Shown here piece after piece: positions 1-64,000 of a stretch of DNA of 64,000 nucleotides. The stretch covers positions 18,228,001-18,292,000 of the forward strand of contig OX597843.1 of NCBI GenBank assembly GCA_951406725.2. Direction: 5' to 3'. A program made the translations under genes and the position numbers. Positions within the stretch are counted from its first letter, which is position 1. The number at the start of each line of letters is the position of its first letter. The DNA is from Octopus vulgaris (lineage: Eukaryota). The notes below the pieces were generated by a model. The model ran no database searches. It was not told the DNA's origin and worked only from the letters and a program-made list of their open reading frames with translations.

Positions 1-114
1 CTTCTTCTTCGTTATCTGTATTCTTTTTCTTCTTCTTCTTCTTCTTCTTCTTCTTCTTCTTTTTCTTCTCCTTCTCCTTCTTCTTTTTCTTCTTCTCCTT
101 CTTCTTCTTCTGCT

Positions 115-146
<32 letters not shown>

Positions 147-227
147 TTCTTCTTCTTCTTCTTCTTCTTCTTCTTCTTCTTCTACTTCTTCTTCTTCCTC
201 TTCTTCTTCTTCTTCTTCCTCTTCTTC

Positions 228-259
<32 letters not shown>

Positions 260-364
260 CTTCTTCTTCTTCTTCTTCTTCTTCTTCTTCTTCTTCTTCT
301 TCTTCTTCACCTCTTCTTCTTCTTCTTCTTCTTCTTCTTCTCCTTCTTCTTCTTCTTCTTCTTC

Positions 365-396
<32 letters not shown>

Positions 397-417
397 CTTC
401 TTCTTCTTCTCTTCTTC

Positions 418-449
<32 letters not shown>

Positions 450-497
450 CTTCTTCTTCTTCTTCTTCTTCTTCTTCTTCTTCTTCTTCTTCTTCTT

Positions 498-528
<31 letters not shown>

Positions 529-651
529 TTCTTCTTCTTCTTCTTCGTTATCTGTATTCTTTTTCTTCATTTCATTCTAAAGCCACGGCGTTTCATGTTG
601 CATCACGAATATTTTCCATCTAATCTATTTTACTTATCTTTACTTCTTTAG

Positions 652-59213
<58,562 letters not shown>

Positions 59214-60659
59214 GTAAGTATTTTTCTGTTTCGTTCACATCATTTCGTTCACCTCATAAAGGACAAACTGTAAAGAGACCCCCAACCAGTCTTAGGACTT
59301 AAACGTTTATATGGAATTTGTTGGCACACTAGTGTCATAATGTGTCAGGTCAAACCGATATGGAGGTTCTCGTTATTAGATAAGTTCTTCAAAGGCACAT
59401 CACTGACCAATTGCATCCATAAACCTGAATTTAGTGATGAAGAGTCCAACGGGTAACTTGTATCTTATTGATTTGTTCTAGAATTTAAGTGAGCGGATGT
59501 TCACTTGTAATAACTTCATATTCCTGCTGGAAATGTTTGTATGTCGGTTTCGAAGTCTTATGATTTTACAAACGAATAACTGGGCGTAAATATACGGATG
59601 GATGGTGACATGTGTGTAAAGAAGTGCCTGGATATCGCCATAAAGAAGAAAGCTGGGAAAGTAGAAAGCTCAAGAAGACATGGGAAGGAGGGGAGAAAAC
59701 ATCCAGAGATGCTGGTTGTAACAAATAGAGAGGCACCTGTGTCGGGGAGATCTTTCTAGGGCATGTAAGCATGGAAAAACAGACGTACAGAAATGATGAC
59801 GTGGAAAAGGAGGAGAAGGGACGGGAGGAAGATAATGATAATGGCGAAGATGCTGCTGCTGCTGCTGCTGATGATGATGATGAATAGAAGATGACAATTT
59901 TACAAACACTGAAACATATGAAATTAATTTTTTTGTCTATTGGTTGAATATAAAAATACCTCATCACATTCCTTATCCAATTTCCACTTTCATCATTAAC
60001 TACCTCCAAAATACGCATAAAAAACTGGTTGTACAGCTGTATACTAAACAGGTTCTGCAGAAATGATCCAAGATTGCCAAACTTTTAGCAGAATTTCCCA
60101 CAAAAGTGCACTCGCCTCCAAACACACACATGCATATATGCGAGGAGGATAGAAGCTTAATCTGACATGGAATTTCTTACTCATTTATTATAATGTCGAC
60201 TTTTTGCACATCTTAATAAGTCCAAACAATATGTTATTTGAAGAAGAAATATCGATGAAAAATAGCCTACAAACTTCAATTTCCTAAACACAAGAGTTAA
60301 AATTTCGAAATAGCAAGCAAAGAATTTCCAGACAATGACTCCTAGAGACAAATATGCTGACCAATAACATTTACAACTTGCTACAGCTTCTTATGAACAT
60401 TAACATTTCAGATTAACACAGTTTCCATACTAATAACACTATGACCTGCTTAAGTAATACCCAAAACCATCCCAATATAAACCAGGGGAAAACCCTAAAT
60501 AATGCCAGCCTGCCAACAAACTAAATTTACCAATAATTTACATTCTTTTATGAATCCTTAAAAATGTATTACTTAAAATCCTTAATTACAAAGGTTTTAC
60601 TACCGGACTGAACGCTGAGATTTAATCTTCACATTCACAAAACGAATCGTTAATGTACT

Positions 60660-61680
60660 TGTTAACCTTAGCTCTGATGCTCCTCACTCACTACTTCTTC
60701 CCTCACTTTCTTTAATTTACTCTTCTATTATTGTTCCGAATCCTTTCTCTTTGACTAAAGTACCTTTCCTCGAGGCAAGATTTGCATCTTGTGTTTCCCA
60801 ATTTCTTCAGTTTCCAAACTTCTATTCTACTCAGATCTTGTCTTCGAGTCTTCACTTTATTTTGTAGTTTCCTTTTCCGCATTTGCTCTTTTTAAATCAT
60901 TCCCTGTGAGATATCTAATCTTCTGGTGACTACCACCACTCCTGCATAAATCAATAAGTTAGTGTCCCTTATTGTTTTAGTATCTATCCTACTGATAACA
61001 GAATCTACTTTCCTAGTCATTTCTAGCAGCTTCCTTCACTTGGCGCCTTTTAATGCTGGCAGTCTTTTTCTCACTTCTTAACTCATTATTTTCTGCAACT
61101 CATCTAAAATCTTCTCATCTTTCTCACTTAAATCACTTTGGTCGTTGGTGCCAGTTGTCCCTTCCTTATTGATAGTGCTATTATTATTTTTCTTTAGGTT
61201 CTTCCTTGGTTTGGGATGTACCTATGTTGCTCTTTGTCTTTCACACTGCTTGGTTTTTCTTATTCAGTTCTCTTGTGATCTTTTCTACCTCTAATTCTGC
61301 CATCCATTTCCTTCTAATAGCATTTGCTTGACCAACCAACTAATCTCTGCTCAGTCACTTTAAACATACACTTCTCTACTCAAAGTGTTAACATCCGTTT
61401 CCTATATCCCCTTCTTTTAGCTTTACTTTGCAAGTAGCACTGTATCACTATCCTGTTTTCTTTGCTGGTCCACTTCCTCCTCTTTGTTCTATTATCTGCT
61501 GATGCTATATTAGGATGACAGCTATGGTCAGTCTGCCTCTTAACTGATCCACTGATGCGCGAGAAGTCTTCTCTTAAAGGTCTAGCTTCATTTTCGCTGT
61601 TACAACCAGAGTTTTCGGGAACTCTTCTCCGTCATAAACTGAGGTAAGGTAACGTTCTTCACCAGTGTCATCACCACTAT
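60660..61680 (-). mobile_element. N-terminal ORF remnant of an R4/Dong-type LINE
   Basis: KWTSKENRIVIQCY...GYRKRM; RLPALK...TNLLIYAG motifs, with stops. Confidence 0.65.
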
Positions 61681-61817
61681 TATTTCTCGACATCTGAAAG
61701 TTTCAAGCAGCTTTCTATTGCATTATTTGTTGTACCTTTGCGCTGGTGGAGTGGTGTGAGCAGTATTTTTGTGCGTGGGGGGATATTGTATTGTATCAGT
61801 ACGTTTTGTTATGGGGG

Positions 61818-61932
<115 letters not shown>

Positions 61933-61940
61933 ACATCATC

Positions 61941-62027
<87 letters not shown>

Positions 62028-62582
62028 GAGTGAGAGAGCAGTTCATGCCATCAAAGTGACACTGGGGTAAAATATACGAGGCCCAATATACCCATCATGA
62101 CTACCCGTCTGATAAGGGTACACCAGGCACATGCATCACAACCATATGTGCGCGACATGGTGATCTCATATCAAGATAAACAGCACATGAACCTTGCAGG
62201 TGGGGCCCAGTTAGAATTTTCTTCAGGTTGAGTAGCCCATCCAGCTCAAAAGGTCCCTGAATAAGGGTTGTTTTAGGATGTTGAACAAACCACCCATGTT
62301 TCCAGAGGTGAATTATTCAAACCCCAAAGAATCCCTCTCAACACATGGCTATGATGCTCCCCCACTACTTCTGCTCGTGATCAGAGATGCACATATCGTC
62401 AGCCACTAAGGGACATAATCAACTGGTTAAGGTCAAGTAACTGACAAGCAAATCTGTGGTATTGAGCAGAATATTTGCTGTAGCCCATATTTTATACCAA
62501 GACAAAACAATGTACATGATAACACTTCCAATCAGTTAAGATCAGAAGCCATGAGAGCCACTGCCTGGTACTGCATCAGGGC

Positions 62583-62584
<2 letters not shown>
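62028..62584 (-). mobile_element. Non-coding 557-bp interspersed element embedded in (TAA)n, with an inverted partial copy at 62777-63171
   Basis: 62028-62423 is the reverse complement of 62777-63171, with scattered substitutions. Confidence 0.85.
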
Positions 62585-62679
<95 letters not shown>

Positions 62680-62713
62680 ATTCAATCGGATGATGATAAC
62701 GACGACGACGATG

Positions 62714-62768
<55 letters not shown>

Positions 62769-63173
62769 GTCAATGTGTTGAGCATGTCCCTTCGTGGCTG
62801 ATGATATATGCATCTCTGATAACAAGCAGAAGTAGTGGGAGAGCATCATAGCCATGTGTTGAGGGGGATTCCTTGGAGTTTGAATAATTCACCTCTGGAA
62901 TCATGGGTGTTTCGTTCAACATCCTAAAACAATCCTTATTCAATGACCTTTTGAGCGGGATGGGTTACTCGCTCTGAAGAAAATTCTAACTGGGCCCCAC
63001 CTGCAAGGTCATGTGCTGTATATCTTGATATGAGATCACCATGTCACGCACATATGGTTGTGATGCATGTGCCTGGTGTACCCTTATCAGACAGGTAGTC
63101 ATGATGGGTATATTGGGCCTCGTATATTTTACCCCAGTGTCACTTTGATGGCATGCTCTGCTCGCTCACTCAA

Positions 63174-63264
<91 letters not shown>

Positions 63265-63846
63265 TTTTATTACAAAAGGCGGCGAGCTGGCAGATGCTTT
63301 CGTCCAACTTGACGTTCTGAGTTCAATTCTGCTGAGGTCGACTTATGCCTTTTATTCATTCGGGGTCAATAAATTAAGTACTAGTGAAATACTGGGGTCG
63401 ATGTAATCGACTACCAGCTTCCCCAAATTTCAGACTTTGTAGAGTAGAAAAGATTATTATTACTATTATTAATATGGTTTTGGTATTATTTTTGTGTTTG
63501 TGTGTTGCGTTGAAAGCATGCTGTGTGCTGTAGTTTATATCTTTTTATTAATCAAGTTTGTCATATCTTCTTACGAGACCATTTTGACGGTAATATATAA
63601 ACCTAAAGATCAAAGTTTCAAATTTATTTTGCTCACATACAAAGAAGAGACAATGCACGCCAATAGTACTTCATCATGAAGATGAGACTACGAATTTCTA
63701 AAGTGCAAGGAACTCATACGAAAATATGAGAGATTACATTAAATGTTTTAAAAATTAACTGTTCTACATCTCTCTCTCTTTCTCACTCTCTCCCAGTTCA
63801 TCTATCTATCTTACCTTGTGTACGTGTGCCCTTGTATGTGTGTGCG

Positions 63847-63906
<60 letters not shown>

Positions 63907-64000
63907 CGCGCGTATGTCAGAATGTGTGTATTTGTTTCTGTGTGTTTCTGGATCGCTAAAAATATTTTAGTCACGAATGTACATTATAAATTGCAAGTAA

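Overview
Eukaryotic, AT-rich DNA dense in microsatellites and transposons. The SINE families and (TATC)n/(TATG)n/(TAA)n/(CTT)n tracts suggest an octopus or other coleoid cephalopod (inference). Most ORFs in the supplied track are microsatellite artefacts. Reading splice sites by hand gives one + strand multi-exon gene that spans the window and is incomplete at both ends. It has 20 phase-compatible GT-AG exons (652..59213) encoding an adhesion GPCR with an unusual ectodomain: LRRs - LRRCT - 12-Cys Ly6/uPAR (three-finger) domain - SEA-like domain - HormR - GAIN/GPS (HL|TSFAILM) - TM1-TM4. The 72-bp phase-2/2 LRR exons sit in tandem (CTT)n-bounded units, followed by a half-exon remnant and several decaying LRR-like pseudo-exons, which suggests exon birth and death. 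The TM1 exon carries a frameshift, either a real lesion or an assembly error. Introns contain mariner, Tc1, Chapaev-like, Helitron, Gypsy, Penelope-like, R4/Dong, HERO, Tx1 and RTE remnants, many SINEs, and about nine type I hammerhead ribozyme motifs, including a retrozyme-like tandem pair.
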